Assembly (NCBI GenBank): GCA_018992685.1
Contig: JACVGT010000043.1
Coordinates: 1-27,917 of the forward strand
Direction: 5' to 3'
Origin: Theionarchaea archaeon
Lineage (GTDB): Archaea; Methanobacteriota_B; Thermococci; Methanofastidiosales; SZ-28-30
DNA: 27,917 nucleotides
Part shown: one piece after another, positions 16,617-26,594 of the stretch
Layout: each line of letters starts with the position of its first letter
How positions within the stretch are numbered: the first letter of the stretch is position 1
Notes under the pieces: model-generated
Told to the model about the DNA's origin: nothing
Databases searched by the model: none
What the model saw: only the letters and a program-made list of their open reading frames with translations
Made by a program: the position numbers and the translations under genes

Positions 16617-18731
16617 ATGAGAGAACATCTCACCAGGAACAGAATTTACATCTTGATTACATGGGTACTCCTGGCAGGCGCATTGCTGGTCCCTGTAGAG
16701 ATAATGCGAATTGGTGCTGCATTCCTGCTGATGACGTTCTTTCCCGGATTCCTGCTCTGGGAATATGCTGGCTTTGAAGAGAAAACACCTCTGGTGCACG
16801 TTTTGTGTGGGGTTGCACTGCTCACTGTTGTGGTTTACTACTGTGCATGGATTGTGTGGGCACCCATCCCTCTTGGCTTATCCTTTGGCTGTGCGCTCAT
16901 ACTACTGAGGAGAGATACGCCTCTTCCTCGAGTGGACAGGAAAACGATATATCTTTCAGGGTGTGTTCTTTTCATGCTGGCGTATCTGTACCCCTGGACG
17001 GATCATGTGGCATTTTTTCCTCCAGGAGATGAGATGAAGCTCCACCTCTTACACTGCAGTACGATCCTGGAGTCAAAAAGTCTTCCTTCCAGTTATGCAC
17101 CATTGTATCCCGAGATCCACCATGTAACCCAGCCTTTGGGGTACCACGGAATGGCTGTCATGGTGACTCAGGCGGCACGAGGTTCCCTTATTCCGGTCAG
17201 CACCATGGTGGGCATTGTGGCAGCCTCTCTGGGCTGCATTGCTGTCTATCTCCTGGGCAAGACACTACACTCAGAGAAGGTGGGACTGGCTGGCTCGTTC
17301 TCTTTTGTAGGGTTGTCTTTTCTTTTTCATCAGCTCGCACTATCCGGGAGTTATCCTCTTCTTCTGGGGATTGCTCTTCAGGTCTTCGCTGTTGCTCTGG
17401 TTGTTCGTGCTGCAACCCAGACATCTCGCTCTCAATGTGTTGTGGCGGGATTAGCCTGTGCTGCTTGTTTTTCTGTTGATTTGAATGCATTTCTTCCACT
17501 GGTTTTGTTCTTGATTGGATTTTTGCTTTTCTATCGGTCTACTTTTTATGTCCTGGCTTCTTTTCTTCTGTTCAGCCTTCCTCCCCTGGCCAGGATCGTT
17601 CTCCCCCCTCTAAAGCCGTTGGAGGTTGCATTTGCTCAAGAATGGTTCCAGCAGAGCCTGAATAGTTTGAGAGAACCCAATGTGTTTCTTTTTTCCATGG
17701 GGCCCTTGTTGCTGATATTTGCGCTTCTTCAGGTATCCACTGTTCGCAGACTGAGACAGGTGATTTCTTTTCCTATAGCTGTGGGAGGGCTGTATGTACT
17801 GTGTTTGTGTATTCCGCTTCTGATCTGCACACTCGTGCCTGTATGGTGGGTCTTTGATCCCGTCCTAATTCTTAGAGTTGTAGCTGTGGTACTCTCTTTG
17901 ACTACAGGGTTGTTCCTGGTTGGATTACAGCGAATGAGGAAAATAACGTGGTTCTTTGTGGGGGTGGTTCTGGTAGCTCTGGTCCTTCAGGTGGCTGATC
18001 CTTTTTTCATATTGCCGCAACAACGCCCCACAGTCGATGACGATGCTCTGGCTGCATTCAGGTGGTTGTCCACTAACACAACGTCAGAAGACATAATATT
18101 GAATCTTCAGTCTTCAGGGGATTCCTCCACATGGATTCCAGCAGTGATCGGAAGACGAGTAGTAATGCCCTACCATCTTTACTACAAGGGAGACAATGCT
18201 ATGAGTGCATTGAACCTTCCTGAACGGTTTACTGACGTAACCATTCTGAAAACTCTGCCCTCTTCAGAATTCAGCAGGGATATCCTAGGGAAGTATGGGA
18301 TTACCCATGTGTATATCGAAGGGGAAGAAGACATTGACCCCGATCTGTTTGTTGACTCCCCCTTGTATACACTTGAATTTCACCAGAGGAACACATACAT
18401 CTTTTCAGTGACAGACGAGAAACCTGTTCAGTACGGACCACGTCTCTATCTGGGGACAGGGTCAATACCTAACGGAGTACGATCTTACTTCAGTCTTCCT
18501 GCGGGAGAGTTCACCCTCCTGGGTATCCACTACGCAGATACAGGAGAGGGAAATGTGGACATTGAAATCAATGATCAATATGTGGGGACGATTTTCAGGT
18601 TCAACACTGACAATCACTTTGTGACCTTCTTTGTGCTGCCTCCTGGTGAGGACATGAACGTATCCCTGTTTCCGTATGCATCTCCCTTTTACATTGACTC
18701 TCTTGTCTTATACTCCCCCGAGATGGAATAG
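16617..18731 (+). CDS. Polytopic membrane protein, probable GT-C fold glycosyltransferase
   Basis: Many TM segments. Loop D..H (GDEMKLH) and PLGYH. C-terminal AFRWLSTNT...WIP...YGITHVY domain. ATG 16617 follows GGTGTGA. Confidence 0.7.
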   Translation: MREHLTRNRIYILITWVLLAGALLVPVEIMRIGAAFLLMTFFPGFLLWEYAGFEEKTPLVHVLCGVALLTVVVYYCAWIVWAPIPLGLSFGCALILLRRDTPLPRVDRKTIYLSGCVLFMLAYLYPWTDHVAFFPPGDEMKLHLLHCSTILESKSLPSSYAPLYPEIHHVTQPLGYHGMAVMVTQAARGSLIPVSTMVGIVAASLGCIAVYLLGKTLHSEKVGLAGSFSFVGLSFLFHQLALSGSYPLLLGIALQVFAVALVVRAATQTSRSQCVVAGLACAACFSVDLNAFLPLVLFLIGFLLFYRSTFYVLASFLLFSLPPLARIVLPPLKPLEVAFAQEWFQQSLNSLREPNVFLFSMGPLLLIFALLQVSTVRRLRQVISFPIAVGGLYVLCLCIPLLICTLVPVWWVFDPVLILRVVAVVLSLTTGLFLVGLQRMRKITWFFVGVVLVALVLQVADPFFILPQQRPTVDDDALAAFRWLSTNTTSEDIILNLQSSGDSSTWIPAVIGRRVVMPYHLYYKGDNAMSALNLPERFTDVTILKTLPSSEFSRDILGKYGITHVYIEGEEDIDPDLFVDSPLYTLEFHQRNTYIFSVTDEKPVQYGPRLYLGTGSIPNGVRSYFSLPAGEFTLLGIHYADTGEGNVDIEINDQYVGTIFRFNTDNHFVTFFVLPPGEDMNVSLFPYASPFYIDSLVLYSPEME

Positions 18732-18737
18732 TCCTTG

Positions 18738-19241
18738 CTAGTACTTGAAATCATTTTCAAATAAGGATAACCCCTCTTTCCATTTTCCTGATGTCGAGAG
18801 ATCCATAAACAGGTCGATGTGACCCAGTATCTGGAATCCGCATTTGTGAAAAAAGGACAGTGCGTGTGTATTTCGGGCCACGGGTCTTACGGACACGTAG
18901 GAGACACCAAGAGTCTGAGCTTCCTGTATTGCACGAGTGACCAAGGCCTTGCCGATTCCCTGAGATCGATATTCCGGACTGACTATGAGAGGTTCTATTT
19001 CTGCTTCTTGCTCTTTCATGATCAGTCCTGTCATTCCTACGATGTCACCAGAGAGCTCTGCAACCCAGATACGGTCAGCACCTACATCTGCCAGATGCTT
19101 GTCGAAGTACAGTCCAGGGTTATCTCCACCAATGGAAGGATCACCATAGATTTCTCGATGATGTTGAGTGAGTTCTTCCCACAAGATTCTGCACTCTTCT
19201 AAGTCATCTGGGGCATAGGGACGGATTTTTATCTCGATCAT
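18738..19241 (-). CDS. GNAT family N-acetyltransferase
   Basis: Acetyl-CoA motif VSPEYRSQGIGKAL and N..ALSFFHKCGF. SD GAGGAGGA precedes ATG 19241. Confidence 0.88.
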   Translation of the reverse strand: MIEIKIRPYAPDDLEECRILWEELTQHHREIYGDPSIGGDNPGLYFDKHLADVGADRIWVAELSGDIVGMTGLIMKEQEAEIEPLIVSPEYRSQGIGKALVTRAIQEAQTLGVSYVSVRPVARNTHALSFFHKCGFQILGHIDLFMDLSTSGKWKEGLSLFENDFKY

Positions 19242-19385
19242 GTTATTCCTCCTCTTTTCTGCCAAGTGATTGGCTACAGTACTTGAGAACCTTCGTACAT
19301 TTAAGAAGCTTATACCCTCACTGTTCCTCATTCAGCAAAGAGGTCCCTCGTGATGCAGTGAACATGTTGTAACAGGTAAAAGAGA

Positions 19386-19418
19386 CCCCCCTCTCCACCC
19401 CAACCCTGGCCCTAGCCC
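19386..19418 (-). other. G-quadruplex-forming motif (i-motif on + strand) upstream of pyrG
   Basis: Minus strand reads GGG-CTA-GGG-CCA-GGG-TT-GGGG-TGGAGA-GGGGGG. Confidence 0.5.
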
Positions 19419-19429
19419 TAACCAAAACC

Positions 19430-19436
19430 TATATAA
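19430..19436 (+). promoter_or_regulatory. TATA box of leaderless pyrG
   Basis: TATATAA preceded by an A-rich BRE-like sequence, about 23 nt upstream of ATG 19459. Confidence 0.6.
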
Positions 19437-19458
19437 GCACGATCCAATACCATTTGAT

Positions 19459-21048
19459 ATGAGGTATGTTGTGGTCACAGGCGGCGTGATGTCAGGCCTA
19501 GGAAAAGGGGTGACCACCGCCTCTGTCGCAAAAATTCTGCAGAGTATGGGATATAAGGTTACTGCCATCAAGATTGACCCGTATCTGAATGTGGATGCAG
19601 GTACGATGTCTCCCTTTGAACATGGGGAAGTATTTGTCATGGAAGATGGCGGCGAAGTTGACTTGGATCTGGGCAACTATGAAAGATTTCTGAATGTCAA
19701 CCTTACCCGTGATCACAACATCACCACGGGCAAGGTGTATTTGCGGGTTATCGAGAAGGAAAGGAGAGGTGACTATCTGGGGAAGACAGTACAGGTTATC
19801 CCTCATGTTATCAATGAGATTGCAGAAGAAATCCGTTCTGTGGCTGAAAAACAGGATTTTACCGTGGTGGAAGTTGGAGGAACAGTGGGCGATATCGAGT
19901 CAATGCCTTTCCTGGAGGCTGTGAGACAGCTCTCTCTGGAAGAGGATGTTATTTTCGTTCATGTTACCCTGGTTCCCTCATTAGACGTCGTGGGAGAGCA
20001 GAAAACGAAACCCACCCAGCATTCAGTAAAGACGTTGCGTGAGGCAGGAATATTCCCCAATCTTATTGTCTGCAGGTGCCACGAGGAGCTGGAAGAAAAG
20101 ACTCGCCGGAAATTGGCCCTATTCTGCAATGTACATGAAGACCAGGTGATAAGTGACCACGATGTGGATGATATCTACATGATCCCGCTGGTTCTCAATG
20201 AGCAGAAAGTGGGAGAAAAGATCATTCGCAACATTGGATTGAGGCGGAAACCCGATCTCAGCCGCTGGAAATCCATTATTTCCAAGAAAATGGGAAAGAC
20301 TGTTCATCTTGGACTAGCAGGGAAGTACGTGGACCTTCCAGATTCGTACATCTCCATAAAGGAAGCCCTGAAGCATGCTTCCTTTGCCACAGGGATCAAT
20401 GTGGAAATTGAGATGCTGGATACTGAAACAGTAAATGAGACGTCATTTATTCACTTCGATGGTATTTTGGTTCCAGGCGGGTTTGGGTCTCGCGGCGTCG
20501 AGGGAAAGATACGGGCTGTCACGTATGCACGGGAGCATGAGATTCCTTTCCTGGGATTGTGCTATGGGTTCCAACTGGCCTGTGTGGAATTTGCCCGGTT
20601 CCTGGGAATAGAGGATGCCAATACCACAGAGGTAGCCCGAGAACTTGAGCTGGCGTGTACGCCTGTCATCGATCTTCTCCCCGAACAGCGTAACATCGGC
20701 AATATGGGGGGCACCATGAGACTGGGAGCAGACACCGACATTCTCTTGGAAAAAGACACCCTCATTCATTCGTTGTACAAGGAGACTGCTATTCGGGAAC
20801 GCCACCGGCACCGTTACGAGGTCAATCCCGAGTTCATTTCCACCCTGGAGGGAGGGGGTCTTACCTTCTCGGCCAGATCTTCAGACATGAAAAAAATGGA
20901 AGCTGCAGAGTTGAAAACCCATCCTTTCTTTTTGGGAACCCAGTTCCATCCTGAGTTCAAGTCACGGCTGGAGAATCCATCTCCGCCGTTTGTGGGATTT
21001 GTCAGAGCAATGGGTGAAAGGCATGATAGAGACAAAGAAGGCAAATGA
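19459..21048 (+). CDS. pyrG: CTP synthase
   Basis: Motifs [58 protein letters not shown] and QFHPEF. Confidence 0.97.
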   Translation: MRYVVVTGGVMSGLGKGVTTASVAKILQSMGYKVTAIKIDPYLNVDAGTMSPFEHGEVFVMEDGGEVDLDLGNYERFLNVNLTRDHNITTGKVYLRVIEKERRGDYLGKTVQVIPHVINEIAEEIRSVAEKQDFTVVEVGGTVGDIESMPFLEAVRQLSLEEDVIFVHVTLVPSLDVVGEQKTKPTQHSVKTLREAGIFPNLIVCRCHEELEEKTRRKLALFCNVHEDQVISDHDVDDIYMIPLVLNEQKVGEKIIRNIGLRRKPDLSRWKSIISKKMGKTVHLGLAGKYVDLPDSYISIKEALKHASFATGINVEIEMLDTETVNETSFIHFDGILVPGGFGSRGVEGKIRAVTYAREHEIPFLGLCYGFQLACVEFARFLGIEDANTTEVARELELACTPVIDLLPEQRNIGNMGGTMRLGADTDILLEKDTLIHSLYKETAIRERHRHRYEVNPEFISTLEGGGLTFSARSSDMKKMEAAELKTHPFFLGTQFHPEFKSRLENPSPPFVGFVRAMGERHDRDKEGK

Positions 21049-21652
21049 AATGAATTACGGAGATCAAGCCGAAACCGTCAAGCAATGCATGATCAGCATT
21101 CTGGATCATGTGAGGTCCTACATAGACCGTATCCGTGACGAAGACATTGACCAGATGATCAGAACCCTTCTGGAAGCTCGCAAGATCTTCATCATGGGAG
21201 CTGGGAGGTCTGGTCTGGTGGGGAAGGCATTTGCCATGCGATTGATGCACCTGGACCTGAAAGTATATGTAGTGGGAGAAACCACAACTCCTGCTTTCAC
21301 AGATCAGGATGTTCTAATTGCCATTTCAGGCTCAGGAGAGACGAATTCAGTGCTGACGTCTGCACGCGTGGCCAAACAGCGGGGAGGAAAGGTGGTGACC
21401 ATCACCTCGTATCCAAGTTCATCGCTGGGAAAGATGGCAGATTGCCTGGTCATTGTCAAAGGAAGAACCAAGGACGATGTGCCCGCATCTTACATTGAGC
21501 GGGAACTCCATCCATATCAACAGCTGACTCCCATGGGTACACTGTTTGAGGACTGTTGCATGATTTTTCTAGAAGGCATAGTAGCCTCCCTCATGGAGGT
21601 GCTTGAGAAAGGCGAAAAAGATATGAAGGCCAGACACGCAGTATTGGAGTAA
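21023..21652 (+). CDS. hxlB: 6-phospho-3-hexuloisomerase (SIS domain)
   Basis: Motifs [37 protein letters not shown] and RHAVLE. Start 21023 follows GGTGA; 21050 is an alternative. Confidence 0.9.
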   Translation: MIETKKANEMNYGDQAETVKQCMISILDHVRSYIDRIRDEDIDQMIRTLLEARKIFIMGAGRSGLVGKAFAMRLMHLDLKVYVVGETTTPAFTDQDVLIAISGSGETNSVLTSARVAKQRGGKVVTITSYPSSSLGKMADCLVIVKGRTKDDVPASYIERELHPYQQLTPMGTLFEDCCMIFLEGIVASLMEVLEKGEKDMKARHAVLE

Positions 21653-21663
21653 AGGTGAAAAGT

Positions 21664-21894
21664 ATGATTACTGCGCATGAATGTGAGAGCTGTCATACGG
21701 TAGTGTATGTTGAAGGAAAGGACGAGCCATATTGTCCGCGGTGCAGAGGGAGAATGTTTGCAAAAGAACAGGAACTTCCCAGAACCGCCAAGAAAATCCA
21801 CTGTCCCCAGTGTGACAGGGATTTTTATATGACTGCAGAACCCTTCAAGTGCCCGTTTTGTGATTATGGCTTTTCCTTGGGTTCTTACTGGTGA
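21664..21894 (+). CDS. Small double zinc-ribbon protein
   Basis: Four CxxC pairs (CESC, CPRC, CPQC, CPFC). SD AGGTGA. Fits tightly between operon neighbours. Confidence 0.8.
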   Translation: MITAHECESCHTVVYVEGKDEPYCPRCRGRMFAKEQELPRTAKKIHCPQCDRDFYMTAEPFKCPFCDYGFSLGSYW

Positions 21895-21899
21895 TAACC

Positions 21900-22808
21900 A
21901 TGAAAATATTGGTACTAGCAAAGTTGCACCCTGAGGGGGTACGTGTACTCAGGGAGCATGCCGAAGTAGAGGAGGCTTACGACCTTGAAGAAGAAGAACT
22001 TCTCAAGAGGGTACCTGGATATGACGCGGTCATTGTCAGGTCAAAGCCTCGAATTACCCAGAAGGTTATTGATGCAGCCACAGATCTGAAGGCGATAGGC
22101 CGGGCAGGTGTTGGTCTGGACAACATAGATGTAGAATATGCCAAATCACGTCACATAAAAGTGGTCAACACCCCCGAGGCCAGCACTGAATCTGTTGCAG
22201 AGCATGTCTTTGCTCTCCTCTTGTCCAAGGTCAGAGACATTCCTCGCGCAGATCAGGCTTTGAGAGAAGGAAAGTGGATCAAGAAGCAGCTCATGGGACA
22301 GGAGCTTTTTGGGAAGACTCTGGGAATCATCGGGTTTGGGAGAATTGGATCCCGCCTCGGAGAGATTGCCCAGGGGTTCAAAATGGTTGTACTGGCATAT
22401 GATGTGATTGACATCTCCCAGCGCGCCCTGGAGGTGGGTGCCGAGGTGGTCACACTGGAGACGCTGCTTCAGAAGAGCGATTTCATAACGCTCCACGTAC
22501 CTTTACTGCCTTCCACTAGAGACATGATATCAGAAAAGGAACTTAGCATCATGAAAACTGGAGCGATTCTCATCAACACATCTAGAGGAGGAATCATAAA
22601 CGAAAAGGCGCTCTTTGCTGCCCTCACTGCAGGGAAGGTACAAGCAGCTTTGGATGTATTTGAGCAGGAACCTCCCACTGAATCGCCGCTCCTCACTGCG
22701 CCCGCTATTGTGCTGACTCCTCATATTGCGGGTTCGACTGAAGAAGCCCAAGAAAAGGCGGGAATAGAGGTGGCTCACAAGATCGTCGAGGCTCTATCCA
22801 CGTTCTAG
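21900..22808 (+). CDS. D-isomer specific 2-hydroxyacid dehydrogenase (short SerA/glyoxylate reductase-like)
   Basis: Motifs RAGVGLDNID, GIIGFGRIG, LHVPL, INTSRG, ALDVFEQEP and TPHIAGST. No ACT domain. Confidence 0.92.
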   Translation: MKILVLAKLHPEGVRVLREHAEVEEAYDLEEEELLKRVPGYDAVIVRSKPRITQKVIDAATDLKAIGRAGVGLDNIDVEYAKSRHIKVVNTPEASTESVAEHVFALLLSKVRDIPRADQALREGKWIKKQLMGQELFGKTLGIIGFGRIGSRLGEIAQGFKMVVLAYDVIDISQRALEVGAEVVTLETLLQKSDFITLHVPLLPSTRDMISEKELSIMKTGAILINTSRGGIINEKALFAALTAGKVQAALDVFEQEPPTESPLLTAPAIVLTPHIAGSTEEAQEKAGIEVAHKIVEALSTF

Positions 22809-23206
22809 TCCTGACGTTTATTCTTGACTTTTTGAGTGATTTCATTCACTTCTTCTTCTGTCAGTTGGTGCCAGGTCCACTCAAATATCTTCTCACCTTC
22901 GTACTGTGGAATGATATGCATCTGAAAGTGGACATTGTTCTGCCCCCCTTTTCTCCCTGGATTAACAACCAGGTGCAGGTCAGGGCAGATATACTCCTCC
23001 ATGAGAAGCAGAAAATTCTTCAATCCGACGGCAAACCCAGATATATTCTCTATCTCGGTATACCGTTCCGCATGCTCTCGGGGAACAACCACGGAATGCC
23101 CTTTGGACACAGGGTTTTCCACCAAGAATGCTACAACGTTCTCATCCTCATAGAGGATATGAGCAGGATACTGATTTGCAGCTATTCTGCAGTACTTGCA
23201 ATCCAT
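22805..23206 (-). CDS. HIT family protein with altered histidine triad
   Basis: Motifs DCKYC, GHSVVVPREH and GQNNVHFQMHIIP. Confidence 0.85.
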   Translation of the reverse strand: MDCKYCRIAANQYPAHILYEDENVVAFLVENPVSKGHSVVVPREHAERYTEIENISGFAVGLKNFLLLMEEYICPDLHLVVNPGRKGGQNNVHFQMHIIPQYEGEKIFEWTWHQLTEEEVNEITQKVKNKRQD

Positions 23207-23320
23207 GAACCTCTTCTCCCTTACCCATTTAAATGGTTTTCTGTACTGTGAGTATCCTCGAATACTGAGACTGGATTGTGAGTGATCCGGCTCCTGAAAG
23301 GTCAGGTCTGTAGGGTCTCG

Positions 23321-24427
23321 TCAGAACACAAATGCGCCATTCTCATAAAATAATTCGCCATCTGCATAGATCTGGCTGTCCTGCTTCATGTTCTTTACCA
23401 GGTCCCAGTGAATGGCTGAATCGTTCTGTCCACCTGCATCAGGCAGAGATCGGCCAACTGCCAGGTGGATTGTTCCTCCAATTTTCTCGTCAAAGAGTAT
23501 ATTCTTGGTAAACTGGGTAATTCCGTAGTTGGTGCCAATGGCAACTTCTCCCAGTCTTCTGGCACCTTCGTCAGTATTGAGCATTTCCTGCAACAGGTCG
23601 TCTCCCTTTTCTGCAGAAGCTTTTACTACCCTTCCTTTTTCAAAGGTTAGGGTAATGTCTTCAACCTCTTTCCCCATGTAGATTCCAGGGTAGGTGAAGC
23701 GGATACTGCCTTCGGCAGAGGTCTCTACTGGACTGGTGAACACCTCACCTGAAGGGAAATTCCGGTGACCATCAGAGTTAATCCAGGTTCTGCCGTTGAC
23801 ATTGACGGTGAGATCAGTGTCTTCTCCCAGGAAATGCAGAGTTGATTTTCCCTGTAGGTATGAAACTACCTTTTCCTGGTTTTTGGACAGGTCCTTCCAT
23901 GCTGCGACAGGGTCCTCTTTATCCAGAAAGCATGCGTTGTGCACGAACTCCTCATATTCCATGAGTGACATGGAAGCCTCCTGTGCCAAAGCATGCGTGG
24001 GAAACAGGGTAAGTGTCCATTTCATCTGTCCTTGAAATGTTCTTTCAAAGAGAATGTTGTTGATTTCTTGGTTGGCTTTTGCTCTCTGGGCAATCTTTTC
24101 CGGAGGCACAGAGGCGAGATATTTTGTGTTATAATCTGCGATAATGCCGATAATGATGTCAACATTTTCAACATAGTACTTTCTGAAGGGGGACACATAT
24201 GTCAGCTGGTGATCCTGTGCGTACGTAAAGAAGATCGTCTCAATGTTGTCCAGAATGAGGAGCGTTTCAGGATATGCTCCTTTTATTATCAGTTCCTTGT
24301 ACAGTGCTTCAATGAGTGGCGCAGCCAGTGCTGTGCCTTGTATCAGGACCTTGTCTTTCTCTTTGATTTCTGCAGAATAATCCACCAGTGCCCTGGCCAT
24401 CCGAGCTATATAAACATCTGTAGCCAT
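23321..24427 (-). CDS. Aminopeptidase, M29 (thermophilic metalloprotease) family
   Basis: Motifs NFPSGEVFTSP, LGEVAIG, ILFDEKIGGTIHLAVG and SAIHWD. Confidence 0.92.
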   Translation of the reverse strand: MATDVYIARMARALVDYSAEIKEKDKVLIQGTALAAPLIEALYKELIIKGAYPETLLILDNIETIFFTYAQDHQLTYVSPFRKYYVENVDIIIGIIADYNTKYLASVPPEKIAQRAKANQEINNILFERTFQGQMKWTLTLFPTHALAQEASMSLMEYEEFVHNACFLDKEDPVAAWKDLSKNQEKVVSYLQGKSTLHFLGEDTDLTVNVNGRTWINSDGHRNFPSGEVFTSPVETSAEGSIRFTYPGIYMGKEVEDITLTFEKGRVVKASAEKGDDLLQEMLNTDEGARRLGEVAIGTNYGITQFTKNILFDEKIGGTIHLAVGRSLPDAGGQNDSAIHWDLVKNMKQDSQIYADGELFYENGAFVF

Positions 24428-24431
24428 GGGA

Positions 24432-24770
24432 TCACTTCTTGAAAGGGATCAGGCACAGAAATCGTACCAATGTTTTCCCCGTATTTCGAAATTGGTGCAT
24501 TTCGTTCGGCGGGACAAAAACCACACTGCCGGGCTTGAAAGGGAAGTCTCCCTGCTCACTTCTCACAATGCCTTCCCCATCCAGAATAAATACTTCATGT
24601 TCCCAATCATGTGTATGGAAAGGGCTGTATCCAGAAACCTTCATTTCAAAAAGCCGCATAGCGAAATTGGGTGCACCTGTATCCTTGGTGATAAGCCAGC
24701 GCACCGTCACGTCCTTGGCACCTTCTTCAGCTTCTTGAGCCGGAATCTCAGTATAATCAAACACTTTCAT
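24432..24770 (-). CDS. Cupin domain protein
   Basis: Motifs PFHTHDWEHEVFILDG and VFVPPNEMHQFRN. TTTAAA about 23 nt upstream of ATG 24770. Confidence 0.88.
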   Translation of the reverse strand: MKVFDYTEIPAQEAEEGAKDVTVRWLITKDTGAPNFAMRLFEMKVSGYSPFHTHDWEHEVFILDGEGIVRSEQGDFPFKPGSVVFVPPNEMHQFRNTGKTLVRFLCLIPFKK

Positions 24771-24842
24771 GGTCCTCATTTGAGAAAGCGCATTTAAATG
24801 TTTGCCAGGGCTCCTTGTGCTGCATGGGTGTGAAGTACACCC

Positions 24843-26312
24843 TTAGTTCCAGTCAAATTCCTTGAACTCTTCTTTTTCCTGTCTTTCCTCAAGGGTTCTT
24901 CTGTCAAAAAGATCAATTTGAGCTGGAATGGGAATGGGAACTGCAATCCCCGTGATGATAGCTTCTCCAATGTCCAGTCTCTTCATTTCTTCCTTCAGAT
25001 CAGTAAGGTCGTTTTCAGAAGAATTGATCAGCTGTTCCCTATCTTTGAGATTCGTCAGCAAAAGAATGATGATGGTATTCAATTGTGAAATGATTTCATC
25101 CAGGATCTTCTTAGGCATCTGATCGATTATGCAAAGCCCCAGGTTGAACTTCCTTCCTTCCCGCACGATCTTCTCAAAAACAGTACCACGTGCAAGTTCT
25201 TTGCTCAGCAACGTGTGAGCTTCTTCCAGAACCAGCAGAGTCTTGGGCAGGGACTGATTTCTCCTGCGAGCAGTTCTGAACTGGCCGAGCAGGTACCTTC
25301 CCACAATGCTTGACACAAGGCGGATCACCCATTCATTGTTCTCGTAGTCCCCAAAATCGATGATGACTGTTCCCCCATGAGATATCTTCTTTAAAATGTA
25401 TGTGAGGGAATCGAATTGCTCTCCAACAAACTCATGGGTAGTGATGCGGGCCACCTTCCTCTTTAAGGCAGAAATAGTTTCGAGGTGGATCTCCATCCCG
25501 AAGTCTTCCGAGATCTGTTCTGTTCCCCTGGTTGCAATGTAGTTCAACCAGTCTCTTTCTCTGTGGTGGATGAGATCCAGTGCATCCTGCTGTGCCGAGG
25601 TGAGGTCTGTAATGGCTGTCAATTCTGAAGGGTTGATCAGGGTACGGGGAATATGTAGGGAAACATCACACTCAGCTCCTTTTAATCCCAGCACAAACAC
25701 GTTATCCAAGCCTCCTAGGCCATCCGGGTGGTATCCATATTCAGAATGGACGTCAAATACCACAGTGGAAATGGATCTGGCCTTCACTTCTCTCAGGATG
25801 ACTTTCACCGCATTGGATTTACCTGAACCTGTCTTTCCGAAAACTCCTGCATGCTTGGAAACAAAGGTATCAACATCCAGAAAAATAGGAACTGTCATGT
25901 CTCTCACCGTTCCTATGCATATCTTGGATTGTGTTGCGGACAAGAAAGCGAGATCCTGTTCTGTCACTCTACGGACAGGAGACAGGTATTTAGGAAGAGA
26001 TTTTGCTCCCCGAATGCGCTTTGAATCCTCGTCCAAGATGCCGAGGAGACTGGCAAAGGCCGTGTAATAAAACTGTGGACCATACAGTCCCTGAATAGTA
26101 TCGACAGTGTCTGGATAGGATAGGGCTGCGATCTTATCAGGGAGAACAGATTCCCCCAAGTGTCTGGCTTCCAATTCATGTATCCGTGCCAGATAGGCGT
26201 ATTTTGATTCGATAACCACCAGATCACCCACTTTGACATTTTCAAACTCCTCAGCATCGTGAATTCGAAACTGCACTGTCTGGGTGGAGGAGGAAATCAC
26301 CTTCCCAATCAT
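24843..26312 (-). CDS. herA: HerA-like (FtsK/HerA superfamily) ATPase
   Basis: N-terminal HAS-barrel-like segment, H..VFGKTGSGKS (Walker A), FDVHSEY, LLVLEEAH (Walker B), REGRKF and DQMP. Confidence 0.85.
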   Translation of the reverse strand: MIGKVISSSTQTVQFRIHDAEEFENVKVGDLVVIESKYAYLARIHELEARHLGESVLPDKIAALSYPDTVDTIQGLYGPQFYYTAFASLLGILDEDSKRIRGAKSLPKYLSPVRRVTEQDLAFLSATQSKICIGTVRDMTVPIFLDVDTFVSKHAGVFGKTGSGKSNAVKVILREVKARSISTVVFDVHSEYGYHPDGLGGLDNVFVLGLKGAECDVSLHIPRTLINPSELTAITDLTSAQQDALDLIHHRERDWLNYIATRGTEQISEDFGMEIHLETISALKRKVARITTHEFVGEQFDSLTYILKKISHGGTVIIDFGDYENNEWVIRLVSSIVGRYLLGQFRTARRRNQSLPKTLLVLEEAHTLLSKELARGTVFEKIVREGRKFNLGLCIIDQMPKKILDEIISQLNTIIILLLTNLKDREQLINSSENDLTDLKEEMKRLDIGEAIITGIAVPIPIPAQIDLFDRRTLEERQEKEEFKEFDWN

Positions 26313-26362
26313 ACATGAGTATTGAAAGCTGCGTTTTTAAAGGTTCACCGGGACGAACAACG
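26300..26362. repeat. 63-bp exact direct repeat, copy 1 (herA promoter and first 13 nt of herA)
   Basis: ccttcccaatcatacatgagtattgaaagctgcgtttttaaaggttcaccgggacgaacaacg is identical to 27712-27774. It contains minus-strand TATA TTTAAAAA 22 nt above the herA ATG. Confidence 0.95.
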
Positions 26363-26594
26363 CTGATACGAAAAAGAGGGCAGAGAATGTCATGGGATAG
26401 ACGGTGATACACCAGTACGTTGTCAGGAATTGAACAGAAGAAAAAAGAGAAAGCAAGAAAGAAAGAGAAAAGAAAATGATTCAGTGAATGATTCAGCAAA
26501 GTGATCCCACGGTGATGCAATGACATATCATAGTAGGTAAAAGAGAAAAAGAAGGCACAACCTTCTCTTCTCACTGAAATTCAGCATTCGATTG

